Positions 49,775 through 63,417 of a DNA stretch of 64,000 bases are shown here, one piece after another. Made by a program: the position numbers and the translations under genes. Origin of the DNA: Phoronis australis (taxonomy: Eukaryota; Animalia; Phoronida); the NCBI GenBank assembly GCA_002633005.1, contig NMRA01000302.1:257760-321759 (forward strand), written 5' to 3'. The notes below the pieces were generated by a model that had not been told where the DNA came from, did not search any database, and was given only the letters and a program-made list of their open reading frames with translations. Every line of letters begins with the position of its first letter. The first letter of the stretch is position 1.

Positions 49775-51140
49775 TTATTGTCGTCATACTGTAAACAATT
49801 ACCCTGACATCTTACCAGCAGTTTCTGTTTTTTCATCGTCACTCAGGTTCCATTTTCTTTAAAAAATGAAGTAATTTTTCTTCATTACACAGTGAAGCAG
49901 ACGACGGAAACGGAGTCGTAGTGCGCAGCGCCACTGTCGGTCGCCTGGGATATCGCGGGAGAGCTTATACTTAGCCATAGTTCCGTTACGAATGCGCCGT
50001 GTTCCGAATTTGACAATTGAAATTGGATCTGAGCCCCTCCCCCCCCACCAAACACTAAAACTGCACACATTTAAATCTTGTTTCATCCGTATAATTTTAA
50101 TTACCGGGGTTAATTAATAAACTCAACATTTCCCTACGCTCTTGCTGTTTTATTTTTTGCGGCAGCCAAGGGGGGGCCAGGCCCCCTGCCCCCCCCCCCC
50201 CCCTAAATCCGGCTATGCGTACAAGACTCAAATTTTGAGAAAAGCACTGCGTCTACGCCATGTATGCCCCCCCCCCCCTCTAGGGACGGGTAAACTAGTC
50301 CTTCTTCTGTTTGTTTCTCCTGTAAACAGTAGTATCATACATGTAAAATGAAAATTTTTAAATTGTTAGACAAGACAGGAGAACACTCCTTATCTTATTC
50401 TCAAGTTGCTAGACGAAGAACACGTTGTTAGTGTGACGCCAAAAGAACATTCCGTGGAATTCGCTTCCTTCCCCAACCACCAAACGCTCCCTAAACTCTA
50501 GAACAGAGCAGCTTCTCATCAAGATGGCAGCAAAACAGCGCATGCGCACAGTCTTCGTACTAAAAACTCTACCAAAATAATTTATTAACAACAATTTCGT
50601 TGAATACGAAAGTCATATCTTTGAAGAATTCAGACTGTGTACAGTACATTGTATATCTACCAAATTAGTTTAGTTTTGTATCATTCATGTCGGTGTTTGT
50701 TTTCTGGGAAATCAAATGTGCTCGTTTCTTTACACTTGAAATCAAGGAATCCCCATCGAAGAGAGAGGGAGCACATGGGCCCAGATAACTACAGGTAGTC
50801 TACTGCTCCATTTTTAGGGCACCTGAAATTTTCGCCTCGTTTGCAGCATTTATGGAATTCTGTGTGAAGGACGACATGCAGGAAAAACTTTCACAAGAAA
50901 TATTGACTTCAAAAGTCTTGCTCGATGAGTGTAGTAACACAAGAGGTCACTAAAGCAAATTGAAACTGTTTTATTTAGTGTTACATGGTTTTGTTACGCA
51001 CTTTTTGTTCACTTGATTATAGTCAATGACCACACAACTTTTCTTGTATTAAGATTCGACAAGCTGTGAATGGTCAGTTTGGTGGTCAACGAACGTGGTT
51101 AAGGAGGTACTTGCGCTTGGTGATTTTAAGGAAATGTGCA

Positions 51141-54100
51141 TTAATGAGAAATTATCGCTGCCACAAAAATCAAAGCAACGATTGCTGGTCTGGTCATCTT
51201 TGCCTTGGACCCTGCGTTCTCTGTACTCGCGTCCATTTGTTGGAAGTGGGCGTAGGGTTCTACGACATCCTCTCCTTGAGTTTTCGCTGAAAACAATTGA
51301 ACGAGACTTTCGTTTCTACAAAATGTTACAAATAAATGTTGTTCATGTCGATGAACACTAAATGTCATTTTTGCCTGACCGTGAGGCTACTGCGAACCAT
51401 GTTTCTGCCAAAAAGTCCAGCTCTTGATTTGTACTACTTCCCGTCGTAAAGCTAATCTGAGTCAGGGTGCTAATCATATTGATTTCTGGACTCGGCCGGG
51501 AAGCAATGACGATTCCGTATTGCTTTTGGCCACATTCAATCGTCGGCCACAGTATTGCCGTGCCTTTAGGAACACGAAGCTATATTCAAAATATGGCTTT
51601 TTCTCGGGGCCTCGTTTTTACCCTAGAGTTTCGCGTATTGGAACCCCCGCCTAAGTTTCGCACTTAATCTTAAAGTGAAGTCCTTTGCATAGGACCGTAC
51701 ATTAATTCATACTTAGGAGCAGCCGTTTCTTCTCAAAAAGTTGTCTTGCTTTTCATGAACAAATTTGTAGCTTACTGCCGCCCATTTAGGCCCATGAGCT
51801 TGCATCAGAAATGAAGTCTTTTTCCACGGCCTTACTTTACCGAAGTGGTTCCTATATTAGCGCATTCGCCAAACCGCACAGCAGCGTTGTTCATCAGACG
51901 CGCATAGACCTCATGGCGCGGCAATACGGTAAAACGACTGCTGAGTCAAGTCGATGTCAAATGGGCCTTGACTCGAGCTCAGCCCAGGACAAGATAGTGT
52001 TACGGACTCGGATCTGCACTGCTGACCTGTCTGGTGCATTTATACTCTTGAGCAGGGCGACTACAATGCATTGCAACAATCTACTCGGTTACATTATGAC
52101 ACATTTCGATGGCTGAATATTGAATATGCAAAAGTAAATATGAAGACTTGCTTCCTGTCGGAACCCATCAAATGAGAATGACATTCCCGTTTGAGGTCAG
52201 AAATCGCATTTAAGGGCCTGGTTGCTTTCTTCACAAACTCACAATAACGTCTCTTCATGACAACAGGGGGCGATGGGTTCTTCCTATCGTCCTTGGGTTT
52301 AGAAGGTGGAGGTGTCTTTATTTCGGGTGTCTCCACTACGCCCTGTCTAACACCCAACAAGGTTCCGCGCACTTTGAATCCGTAGCCTCCCTTTAAGTGT
52401 TGCTCGGCTACACATCTACAGGCAAAATATATCAATGATTAAAAGTTGAATAAATCACCGACCCAAAAAAGTGGATCAGAAGAAAAAAGCAAATCTGTGA
52501 CAAACAAAATGAAGAGCAAAATATTAGTTCACGGCAATGTTGATAGCGGGGAAGCTACATGTATGATGAAACGTGCAGGAACAGATATTTATTGCATCTC
52601 TGCTCTCTTGAATACTTTCTCATACACTCGCTCGCATTTTCTGTACAGTTTTCCAGCAACAGGTGTACAGTTAGGAAGTAAATCACCAATAGGCATGACA
52701 AACAAATGAAGTATTTTTCGAAAGCACGTGTCTCGTCATCAGTCTCGTATTGAAACGAACATGCTAGAAGCAAAATGAACAGTGAATTCAGGCAGATAAG
52801 CGTACGGACAGTAAGTGCGAATACCACACACGGTGGGAAGCCTACAACTCTGGGAGTGATTAACAGAACAGCCAGCGTGTTCTAAACCGCTGGGAGGCGC
52901 TCATTCATCAAAATGTTGTTATAACTGATCAGACTCCAAAATCGTCAAGAGAAATGTGTCATTTTCAGCATAAAAGCGACCCTTTACTGTTTCTTTCTTA
53001 GTCATTTTCCGAACAGTGATGTAAAAATGGTCTTTAGTGAACACATCCTGCAAATATATGGACAACTGTCGAGAAAGTAGGTATTCCGTGTGCTCAATAT
53101 AACGCTGCTCACGATAGTGAGGACGAAGACATGCACTGTACGCCAATATTGCAAATGAATTCTTAAAGAACGTTCTGTCTGCCCACTTGGGTCGCAATCG
53201 GGGTTGCTTTTCCTAACAGTGTTTGAAGACTTTATGTTCTGATAGTAAATAATGGCACCTAGTTTGCCACCTGGTTTGACGACTTATACATTGTCCCTTA
53301 CACGCTTCTTAACCACTCGTTCGTCACTAAGATATTCATTAAATATAAATGTACAGTTCTCATAGCACAATAGCGTCCACACAAAGACTTATCTTAGAGT
53401 AAGTTACTCTTAGAACGTACTGTTGCTACTAGGATTGAGGACTCTGAACGCTACTGGGCTATTTCTGAAACTTGCCGCACGTGACAACTCCACCATATGG
53501 AGTTGGAGTAACTTATTCTAGGGTAACCGCATTAGTGTAAGGTTTAGTGTCAATCCTAGAGAGAAAGGACCTAATGTGGTTATTAACAAATAATGACTTA
53601 ATAATAGCCATTTTTATTTTTTGTTTTTGTTTTTGTTAAATATGCTTGGCGTGGAATACTTTCTAATCATATGACCTGCTGCGCCCTCCTTAGGTAACTG
53701 GTCGAAACCGTAGAATAGAGGAGTTCGGGACAATTATTGTTCAGGCTTGCAAACGCCTTTCCCGGGTTTTAATATTTCTACTAGAAATGGAACTCGAAAT
53801 CATATTTGGTATTTTCTACTCTACCTTTTAGCAAACTCAAGTTAAGTGACTATTATTCTATGCTCGAGTACACAGTGACATACGTGGATAATTTTTAGTC
53901 ACTTGATAAAACCAAAATTAATACCAGCTGCGTTATTTGAAATTATGGGGCCATTATTTAGAGGCTACTGAATATTTTGCCCATTTTTTGGTTAAAAGGT
54001 GAAGTAGTTTTGAAGAAAATTTTTTTTTAATCTTTATCTAATCAATGAAATTCTCTATCAGAGGACAATCTTTGAATGTCCAAAGGGGGGCCCGTTAACT

Positions 54101-57100
54101 TTCACTGGAGTGCCAAAATTCAGTAAACTTTGCTCAATTTTGATCTTAGTCATTTTTTGTATGCTTCGGGTGCCAGTTTGCGTTTTGTTTGTAAAAATAA
54201 GACGCCAATAAGTGCAAAATTGGTGATTTTTGTATCAGAGGCACATCATGATTACTTAAATAAAATTTAAGCTATATCTGGAAGATTATCCCTAGAGTGA
54301 TTTTTTTATTTCTTTTGATTTTCTCGTGGAATGACCATTAACACTTCTTAAGAGAGGACACGTGACGTTAGAGTGTGGCAATAGGCTACGTCTTTCTAAA
54401 AAAATACAAAGCCATACCTATAATTGTTTCCTTGTGTGTACGTGGCTTCCTTGGATACAATCACTGTCCTATCTTCACGGAGGAGCTTGACATCGTGAAT
54501 AAGCTTAATGTTTTTAAAGTCGCGGTCCGTTTCATACAGGCTCACTGAGTTTGGCCCTGAAAAAAAACTGTCAGTCACTTGCATTGGCTGTGTTCCAGAA
54601 ACGCAAGAATCTCATGAAGCAAATCACTGTGGTCACTGGCTTCGCTTGTTACGCATAGAGTCGCTCGAATTTTCGGATGACTCATAACCATATAGCTATA
54701 AGAAAAATAAAGGTTCGACACTAAAACTTTGCGGAGCCGAGGCTCCCAACTTCCACTGTCCAAAATCCAAATGAAATCTGCGTGCACCTCCCTCAGCCTG
54801 GTATTGCATAAACATTCGAAGCCTTATCTTTACTTGATCCCATTAATTGTCCTCGAGAGTAGTGAATTGGCGATGGAATTTCCAAAACAATCTCAAAACT
54901 CAGAATTCAAGGACCTAACATAGAAAACATGGCGGATTTCAGTTGTTCTTCAACTAGTACGCCTGTCGTAAGTGAAACTTCAAGTTTGAGCAAGCAACCT
55001 ACATTTCAAATTCAATAATTCTAATGCAGAAGTTACACACACACACACACACATACTCACACACAAAGTAGATAAACAAACAAGTAAATAAATTAAACAT
55101 AAATATATATGTATGTGAGTGTGCGTGTGCGTGTGCGTGTGCGTGTGTCAAGTGTTCATTTTCTTACCTGCACTGAAGTCAGCCTGGCCATCCATAAAAT
55201 GGGCTTTACAGAAGATCGTCAATTGTTCACCGTTCTTTTTATTTTTCCAGCCCGGTGATGCTAACGTCGAAATGCTGGGTGTCCCTGAAATAAGTGCTCG
55301 TCTACTGAACCAAACCTCTAGAGACCAACCGAATAATATGTTTGATTATCCACACCACAACGACAATTGTGCTATCGACATGCTGAAGTTTGTCGGAGTT
55401 TATGACCCCTGTAAACTAAGATCGTCATTTCCAAGTCATATCTCGCACAAATTAAAATAATCTTTGTTACTGTTTTTTATTGATATTTTTGAACAATTTT
55501 TGTTTAATCTTCGCTTAAGTTAGGCAAACAGTCATCGAAAAAGACAAGTGGAAATGACTCTATTGAGGCACGTGTCCTAACAGCTTTGCCAATGCTCAAC
55601 CAACCTCTAAAAGGTACACTTTATGTCATAATATAGTCTGACAATATTTTTAGTTGTATTGTTTTGTTTTGTTATTCTGTTCGATTGGCATGACCCCTGA
55701 ATTAAGAACAGTGATGATGTAATTTGTTTACTATAAAATAGTGTAGAACTTTCTAGAAGACTGAGGTCAGAACAGTGATGATGTAATTTGTTTACTGCAG
55801 TATAGTGTGGAACTTTCTAAAAGACTTTAGCATGACAGTGATTAATGCAGTCTGGAATATTCTAGAGAATAGTATATGTTTGTAAAATGGATGGGTAGAT
55901 TCGGGAAAGTTCTAGAATGTGCTTGAAAGTTCCAGAACAATGCATTAGGCTATAAATACACAAGCACGTGTTTGTGATGGTGAGATCAAGTCAAAAGATC
56001 AAGTCAGTTCAAGAGGAGATCAAGTAAGTTCAAGAAAGTTAGTCAGGAGAAATACAGTTGAGTTGCAGTGAAGAGAATCAGCAATTACAACGATAGTCAA
56101 TAGAAAGCCAGCTATAGAGACAGCAGGTTATTGAATCGACGAGTGTAACAGTTGTTCATCACAAGTCGAGGCTTCGCAGCACTGGCTGGAGCATAACCAG
56201 ACATTACGTCGGACGTTTTGTTTGAGTAGGCTTGTGAACGTACGTTCGGGATTAACAAAGGATTAACTCGAACCAGTCTTCAGTCAATCGTTGCACCGAA
56301 AGCTATTAGCACCGGTCTGTAACAACCTGCGCCCACCCACAAACGGGGAAAAACGTTAAACTTAGTAACTAGAGCATTATTGGTTGAAAGCACTAATTAT
56401 TCTGTTTACTTTTCCGAAAAGGTTGAAATTAATGGTACACAGATTGAATTGAATTAAATGACAATTTAATTAAATTACAAATTTAACTAGGATATATGGG
56501 ATGGTGTCCCGCCTGGAGTTTCATAACAAAGAGCACTCTTAAAGGAAATTTGGAATTTATTTTGAAACATTTCGATAATTCATTACTCTATTTTCACAAA
56601 CATTTCTAATTATGGTCTGCACGTCACCTCTTTAATATTTTCACATTCATATGAACTTACTTTATCGAATAATTAATATAAATCACTTTAAAGTCGTTGT
56701 TCTGTTACATTTTACGTATATTTGAGTGAGATAGTTTTGCAAAAATTGTCTTCCTAAGAAATATGAGGGGAAGTGCTGAGTTGATACTGTAGCCCGCGAA
56801 ACTGTGCTGTAGATCATCAGTTGGGAACTCGTTGAAGAATTTTTATTGAACATCAAGCGGGAAGCGCGTTTACATTTTTATCCAAAACTTGCATCTGGAA
56901 CCAAAATATCGAATGAGGTATTATTTTATAAATATGGCAGAATGTAATTTAATTTAAAATGTCTAGCTTATGAAGGTTTTGTACTTCTGTAACTTTTGGG
57001 TTGGACATGTTGTGTGGTGGCTTAAAAACACGACTTCAATAAGAATACATGTATAGTTTTTGAATCACAAACATTTCAAGGGGTTTGAAGATTTTTATTG

Positions 57101-60045
57101 AACTAGAGTTTGTCTTCAATTTTGAAATTTGAGAGCTTGAAAAGCTTAGAGTTACGTTACACTTTCGTGTAGGCGTCAGAATTTTTTTTTTAAATAAGGG
57201 TAAAATAAGAAAAAAGAACCTGCAATGTTCCCTCTATGTTCAAATCAGGCAGTTCGATGCGTGATCCGACCGCTTTCTCCGGTGGCCCACGCGTCTTGTT
57301 TTTTGTAGAATTAAGGCGTTCTCAACAATTGTCAATACATGGTCATTCAATCATTTTCCAATAAACCACCCACAGAATTTCAATGCGGTGTATCGAATTA
57401 AAGTGAGTGAACCTTTTTCTAGTTGAAAAAACGTGTATACCACCTTCCAAAATTACTGGTAATCGAACGACCGGATGTGCACGTACATTTGCACTTGTGT
57501 TTGTCGTTGTCAAATTTGTCCCACTTGTTGTTGCCCATGCACGTCGATTCGATTGCATTATCTTTGCGTTCCTCATCACCGTTGAATTTGTGGCCACGCG
57601 TACAATCGTGCGTTACCTTCACACCCCTCGCGACCTGTCCCGTGCGAGACGGTTTGTAGCCAACGTACTCTTCGATTTTACACGTCTCTGCAATCGAATT
57701 GCGTTTTACAAATGACTTAATTCGACTGCTCATTATTGTCTGAGGCCCGTTGGGCTACCACACCATTATTTCAACTGGAAGTAATAAATTGAAATCAATG
57801 AAATGTTTTTGTTTACACAAATGTCTAGTGTTTAATCATGAAAACAGGCGAGCTCTCCGCGGAGAGGAAAGTTCCGAAAGTAGTTACCGGTAATTAGTTT
57901 CTTCACTAGCTGAGTCGCTCCTAAGGCAACTGCGAACCTTCGTTACAAAGTGTATTTTTGTGCAAATATCTTAAATTCTGTTAGCTCTCACCCCTTTAAA
58001 AAATTTTAGTGTACGGCCGTTTTTGCACAAAATACCCCCAAAACATCGATAATTAAAAATATAAGGCCTATTTTAAAAATCTGAGAGAAACTGTTCCCTC
58101 GAAGATGTCATTATCAACATGTTGACAAAAGAACAATTTGATTGGAGGAGCGATATTTTTAAAATTTTTAGTAAAAGTTAAAGAAATTTTACTGAAAACG
58201 AACCTCTCGTAAAATAAGAATAATAAATTATGAAGAAAACTTATTCACCTTTCAGAAAATCATATTTCATAGGAGTTTGAGCAAACAGAGTTTAAGATAT
58301 TTGCACATAAGTGCAAACTGGTAAACAAGGTTCACAGCTACCGTAAGCGAAATTATAAGTCAAACTGACACTTTCGCCCTGCCATAAATTGAATAAGGTG
58401 TTGACAGAGCAAACGCCACTTACCCGCGCGCATGGAGTCATCGGTCTGGATGGAACAACGCTAGCGAAAACGCATGTAGTTTAGGAGTAACTCAAACCTC
58501 CAACAAAGCGCCAGCAGACTTTACTCCTCTGATCGTTGACATTGTTGGCGTTTTGGTGCTAGCGACGGTACCAAAACGCTAGCGTTTTAGCGAGCATGTG
58601 AACCCGTTGAGAATGTGGCAAGGCAATGTTAGACTATTTTTAGGAATTAAGTGTATACACGTCAACGCTGCACTTCCTCTGATGTCAATGATAACCCAGT
58701 GACACTTTAAATTTTGCACGTGACACACGATATTCTTACCTCCAGTGGCCTGAGAAATGAGGATGCAGATGGCAATGTGTACCGAAAACACAACTGAAAC
58801 AAAATGTGAAATAACGTGCATAAGTCTCGCCTCAACATTCCATGATCCGCAGATATCATAAAGTGTTTTGAATCATCAGGGTTGGTTGACCCGCTATGCC
58901 GCTGTATGCCCGATATTTCTTTCCTTTACCCTTCCTTGAACTTCTAGTATTCCCAAGTTAGTAGCCAACATTCCGTCGTTCTTCGATTATAAACAACGTT
59001 ATTTTAAAAACTGACACTAAATTATGTGAAGGGCACTCAAATAACATTCGTGGGCGCGCAAAAACAGAGCTTTGGAATTGCTTCGGGAGCGTCCGTGAAA
59101 ACCTGGATGTATGCCACAAAATAACGTCCTCGATTTTGGGGTTTTGAATTTTTTGTCAGATAGTGTTTGATTTTACTTTATTTCTGTTTCTGTTGACAAA
59201 GGACGTTATTACATCCGAAAATTTTAGTTGATCCATTCTTGTTGTTTTATTTACCTACGCCAGAAGGCAATTCATGCAGAACGAACAACTGTGGACGAAA
59301 CACAAAGGTTTATTTAGAGCTAAATAGAATGAACGACACCAGCACAAAATGGCAGACGGCAGAGAGAGGACGCTGACTACAGCGAAAAGACATCTGGCGG
59401 ACTGGCGCTATTTATATTTTTTTGACATTCTTGTCGTCAAATCGCCACTCAAAGGCAATTTTATCAAGGTATTCAAAGATTTGTTGCTGATTTCGTAGAG
59501 ATCCATCAACAATTGAGTGGAAAACTCTGAGCAGATGTGTTAGTAGTAGTGAGCGACATCAGTGGTAATCGAGGAACAGATAAATTCAAGCGTCTGTGGA
59601 TTTTGCATGTACCCCGTCAGGTCGTTAGCTCATCAGGTTTACAAAAAGTCATGATCAGATGTTAGAACCTTCGTAGCAACAACCTTGCACAATGTCGCAT
59701 TCGGCAGCTATTGTTGCCAACCATTTGGGAAGAACAGCGCCAAAATACAGCTAGTGGGCGGTGGCAGAAAATGATGTTAATGTTAAATAGATTTCGAAAT
59801 TTCACATAATGTCGACCGGGAGACAATAAATACCCATTTCGACAACTAAGGTCACACCAATTCCTCGCGCTTCTTACGGCCCTGGTGCCATGATGTGATG
59901 GTATGGAAGTTCCGTGGTCAGCATCTCGCCATGAGTTCCGATATTCAGGCACATACAGCTTGTTTCTATCTGATCGGATTTTTGTAACTGGTTGCAAACG
60001 TGCACTAAACGCCTAATACCTACTTTTGATGTAATCCGCGAACAT
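51141..60045 (-). CDS. Gene C: SP + sushi/CCP + Ig + Pro-rich stalk + putative GPI-anchor signal, 283 aa; paralog of the 3' half of gene A
   Basis: Exons 60045-60024 (MFADYIK), 58793-58740 (IVFSVHIAICILISQATG), 57687-57487 (sushi, TCKIEEY...CMGNNKWDKFDNDKHKC), 55284-55168 (117 nt as in A), 54556-54418 (139 nt as in A), 52415-52243 (173 nt as in A), 51286-51141 (...ENAGSKAKMTRPAIVALIFVAAIISH*). Total 852 nt, open frame. Confidence 0.85.
53385..53530. repeat. Small palindromic element
   Basis: TTATCTTAGAGTAAGTTACTC versus GAGTAACTTATTCTAGGGTAA, inverted. Confidence 0.45.
55035..55148. repeat. (CA)n and (GTGTGC)n microsatellites
   Basis: Direct reading. Confidence 0.85.
55624..56370 (+). mobile_element. 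Putative solo LTR
   Basis: Starts TGTCATAAT; has TTCTAGAA repeats, an internal duplication of about 63 bp (55706/55769), TATAAATA and GATCAAGT repeats. No clean CA end or TSD found. Confidence 0.4.
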
Positions 60046-61779
60046 TGCACACCGGTCGAAAACTTGCATGAAACGCACAATGTTACCTTTCGAAATTAAC
60101 ACGTGGCCATACAATCATGATCTGTCATTTGCAGTTTGCTACTTATCAAGCATGATCGTGAAGCGAGAAGCACGGGCCTTGGATAAGCAACATTGGTCTT
60201 TTTCACGTGTTGAGTGGGTGATAACATACATGTACGCACGATTATTGTTTCGCTGCAAATAGGATGAATACAATTTCAGTCAACAGCTGACGAGAACTAA
60301 GAGAAATGATATCCCAAATTAAATAAGAACAGGGATACTTTACTATTCATTTAATTAAACCCAATTGTTTCAGGTAAGGTTGCCGAAAGCTTTGCAGTAT
60401 TACTTTTGAAGCCCCCAGGACCGTACGACAGATGTCACAATTCGTGAACGAAATTGTCAGAAACAATAAACGATGATCATGCATGCAAAAAGGTGTCTAG
60501 AGAACCAAACCTTTGCAGTTTCTAATATTAGTCTTCTGCATTTAAGAGTCTGATAGCGCTTGACCTCGTCTTCTAAATCAGTCATATTTTCGTGTCTATA
60601 GTTGATGTTGAGAAAGCAAAGGGCTCCAAATCACGCATCCACGTTTATTTGTTCAATTTATCAAACTTTCTCAAGTCGGACTTGCGGCCCACAGAACAAC
60701 AGTAATGCTTAGTTGCCACTGGAAGGACGAATGTGACCGCAAAGACTTCTAAATAATCAGACAACAGCAAATAACGTGTAAAACTCCAATGGCACGAAAA
60801 CGAGGCAGGAAATGTGCCTGACGAATGTTCACGCATTGTTTGTAAATACGGTGAGATGCGAATGTTACTGTGTAATTCGGGACGGCCCTATCACATAAAA
60901 GTTGTAAACATGGATTTTCGGTGTTATAGACATCTAAAAGTGCGTTAGGATTCGCCGTTTGAAAGTTTGTGAAATGGATAGTGTCACATTTGAGATGCAC
61001 ACTAAAGTTGACTGGGGAAGGTTTGGAGTGTTTTACAGGGGTGCAGGAAAGCTGGCCGAACTTTTTGCAAGAGGGCAGGTTGACATTATCAGGAACGATT
61101 ATCTCAGGAGCTAACGGAATTAGGAAACATGTTTATCGTACGAAGATACATAGTGAACTTTGTCACTAGTCAGCTCCGATTATGCACAATTTCGGTTGAC
61201 ATGCTGCTCCGTCCAGCAGCCCCGTGTCTACAGCACTGTCTGTCGATACACGCTAGGAACCTCACAAAATTTAAAAGGACAACAAACCACGTTTTGGCCT
61301 CTCAGATATTTAAGCGACATTCACATCCAATTTTGTAATAAAAATAGTGCTTTGTAACCCTGGACAGTTCTCAAAAGTTAGTGAAGGAAAATTTGAAAAC
61401 TCCTTTCGATGTCTACTAAACGGGTGACTGAACGAAGATTGGTGAAATCATCGAAATCGGGTTTAGTATCCTTTAAACACCATTAGTACACTATGAGCTT
61501 GTGCCTTAAAATTGAACTGTATTTTAATCGAATAATTGTGCATAGTTTTCTATGGGTTGTTGATTGATTTCACTAATGCGTCAGTAGCAAAATGTAAACT
61601 CATACGCAAAATAATATCCACTCTTCGTGATCGTCAGACGGAAAGTATGCCGGTGCAACCAGTCCGTATCAACAATTAACACTTGCGTGCCTGTGCCACA
61701 GTCTGTGTGCCTTGCGAACTCTAGCCAGCCAGCTAGCTGCAGCCAATGCTTAGTTCTCTAAATCATTCAAGGGTTAGTT

Positions 61780-62190
61780 TTTTTTTACCCAATAGATGTA
61801 TGAAGACTATCATCAAAATTCACCTATAGGTACCACTGTGCGCTTGAGCTTCATTAGACACCAAAATTTCACACAGGTCGGGACTGCCCGGGTAGTTCTG
61901 CTCGTCACCTCGCTGTGAAAATTCCGTCAACATGTAGATGTCCGCCATGTCGATGATATCTTTGTATATTGTTCACGTGGTGAACTGTTATACCTTCAGA
62001 CCTTCCTTGAGACCAGTTCTATATTAAAGTTCAAGTATGAATTGCCTGTCTGTGAAAAGTTGCCTTTTTTCGATGTCCTTGTACACTGTTGTGACTATGG
62101 GTCTCGCACTTAAGTTTATCATAAGCCTACATATATTGGTACCCATTTACATGCCAAAAGTGATTGCCCTGAACGCTTCAAGCAAATCCA
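61780..62190 (+). mobile_element. Penelope-like element RT fragment
   Basis: From 61940: RHVDDIFV...SSILKFKYE...KLPFFDVLV...T*VYHKPTYIG...SDCPERFK; not in the ORF track. Confidence 0.8.
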
Positions 62191-62732
62191 CTGGCCCGAA
62201 ACAACGGGTCAGGGTGTGCTTCGAGCGCTGGCCGTCTACGCCGTGTATGCAACCCTCTCCCCTCTAGGGATGTGCAAAATAGCCCCTCTTCTTCTCATTG
62301 CTTCTCCCGTAATCTATGATAAAATGGAAATGTTTAAGTACTTCGACAAGACAGGAGAACACTCCCTCTCATACCCCTGGGTTGCTAGACGAAGAGCACG
62401 TTGTTAGTGTGACGTCAAAAGAGCATTGTGTGAGTACTCGCTTCCCTTTGCAACCACCATTCGCTCCCTACACCCTTGAACGTAGCAGCTTCTTATCGGC
62501 ATGGCAGCAAAAAAGTACATGCGTATAACATTTGTACAACAAACTATCAAAAAATTTTCTAACAACAACTACGTTGAATACGAAAGTGTTCTGCCAAATC
62601 TTTCCAAAATTTAAGCTGTGTGCCATATATTGTCCTAAGTCTTGTTAGTTTTGTTTCATCCATTCCAGTATTTGGTTCCTGGAAAATCAAAATTACTCGT
62701 TGCTTTACATTTGAATTTAAGAAATCCCCATC

Positions 62733-62914
62733 GAGGGGTAAGGGTGACACAGGTTCCAGATACTAGTCTGTTACTTCATTTTGATGCACCTGAGGGGTAA
62801 AGGGGACAAAGGTTCCCATACAACTAGTCTGCTACTTCATTTTGGTGCACCTGAGGGGTAAAGGGGAAACAGGTTCCCATACAACTATTCTGCTACTTCA
62901 TTTTTGGTGCACCT
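62733..62914. repeat. Tandem triplication of an approximately 60-bp unit downstream of the gene D stop
   Basis: GAGGGGTAA..GG..AC.AGGTTCC.ATAC..CTA.TCTG.TACTTCATTTT..TGCACCT units of 59, 61 and 62 bp. Single copy in the B and C flanks. Confidence 0.9.
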
Positions 62915-63253
62915 GAAATTTTCGACTCGTTTGCATATTTTACGGAGTTGTGTGAAGAACGACATTCTCCAGAAGAAACTTTCAAGAGAAAAATTTACTT
63001 CAAAAGTTTTGCTAGATGAGTGTAGTGTCACAAGAGGTCGACTCAATCAAACTGAAATTGTTTATTGTCTATTTTGTGTTGCACGTTCACTTGGTTCCAG
63101 CTAATGATCGTAAGAATTTACTTTTTTATTCGGACCCCACTAGAAAATTCGAGTAAACCATCGAGTTTCACTAGATGTGAATGGTCAGTTTGGTGGTAAA
63201 GCGACACTTGATTAATGAGTTTCCTGCGCTTCTTGATTTTACTGATATGTGCA

Positions 63254-63417
63254 TTAATTGGAAAGTGTCGCTGCGGCCAAAATCAAAGTAAGCATTGCTG
63301 GTTCGGTCATCTTTGCCTTGGTCCCTGCGTTCTCTATGCTTGCGTCCATTTGTTGGTTGTCGGCGTAGTGTTCCGCCTCCTTGTTTGCATCTACCACAAA
63401 CGTCCCTTGAATTTGAG
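63254..63417 (-). CDS. Gene D terminal exon (GPI-signal-like) of a fourth paralog lying right of the window
   Basis: ttttcag acceptor, phase 1, QIQGTFVVDANKEAEHYADNQQMDASIENAGTKAKMTEPAMLTLILAAATLSN*. Flanking intron 63420-64000 aligns with the last intron of gene C (about 51290-51860). Confidence 0.8.

Noticed and set aside
58740-58821. MHVISHF... as the start of gene C
   Set aside because: Possible, but a strong phase-1 acceptor at 58794 and a first exon homologous to A and B (60045-60024) give a better model.
60645-60836. HYCCSVG as a THAP start; CCT|TTAA end near 61472
   Set aside because: No further THAP motifs or matching terminus found.
62733-62914. CRISPR-like array or prokaryotic system
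   Set aside because: Units are contiguous with no unique spacers, there are no cas genes, and the context is eukaryotic.
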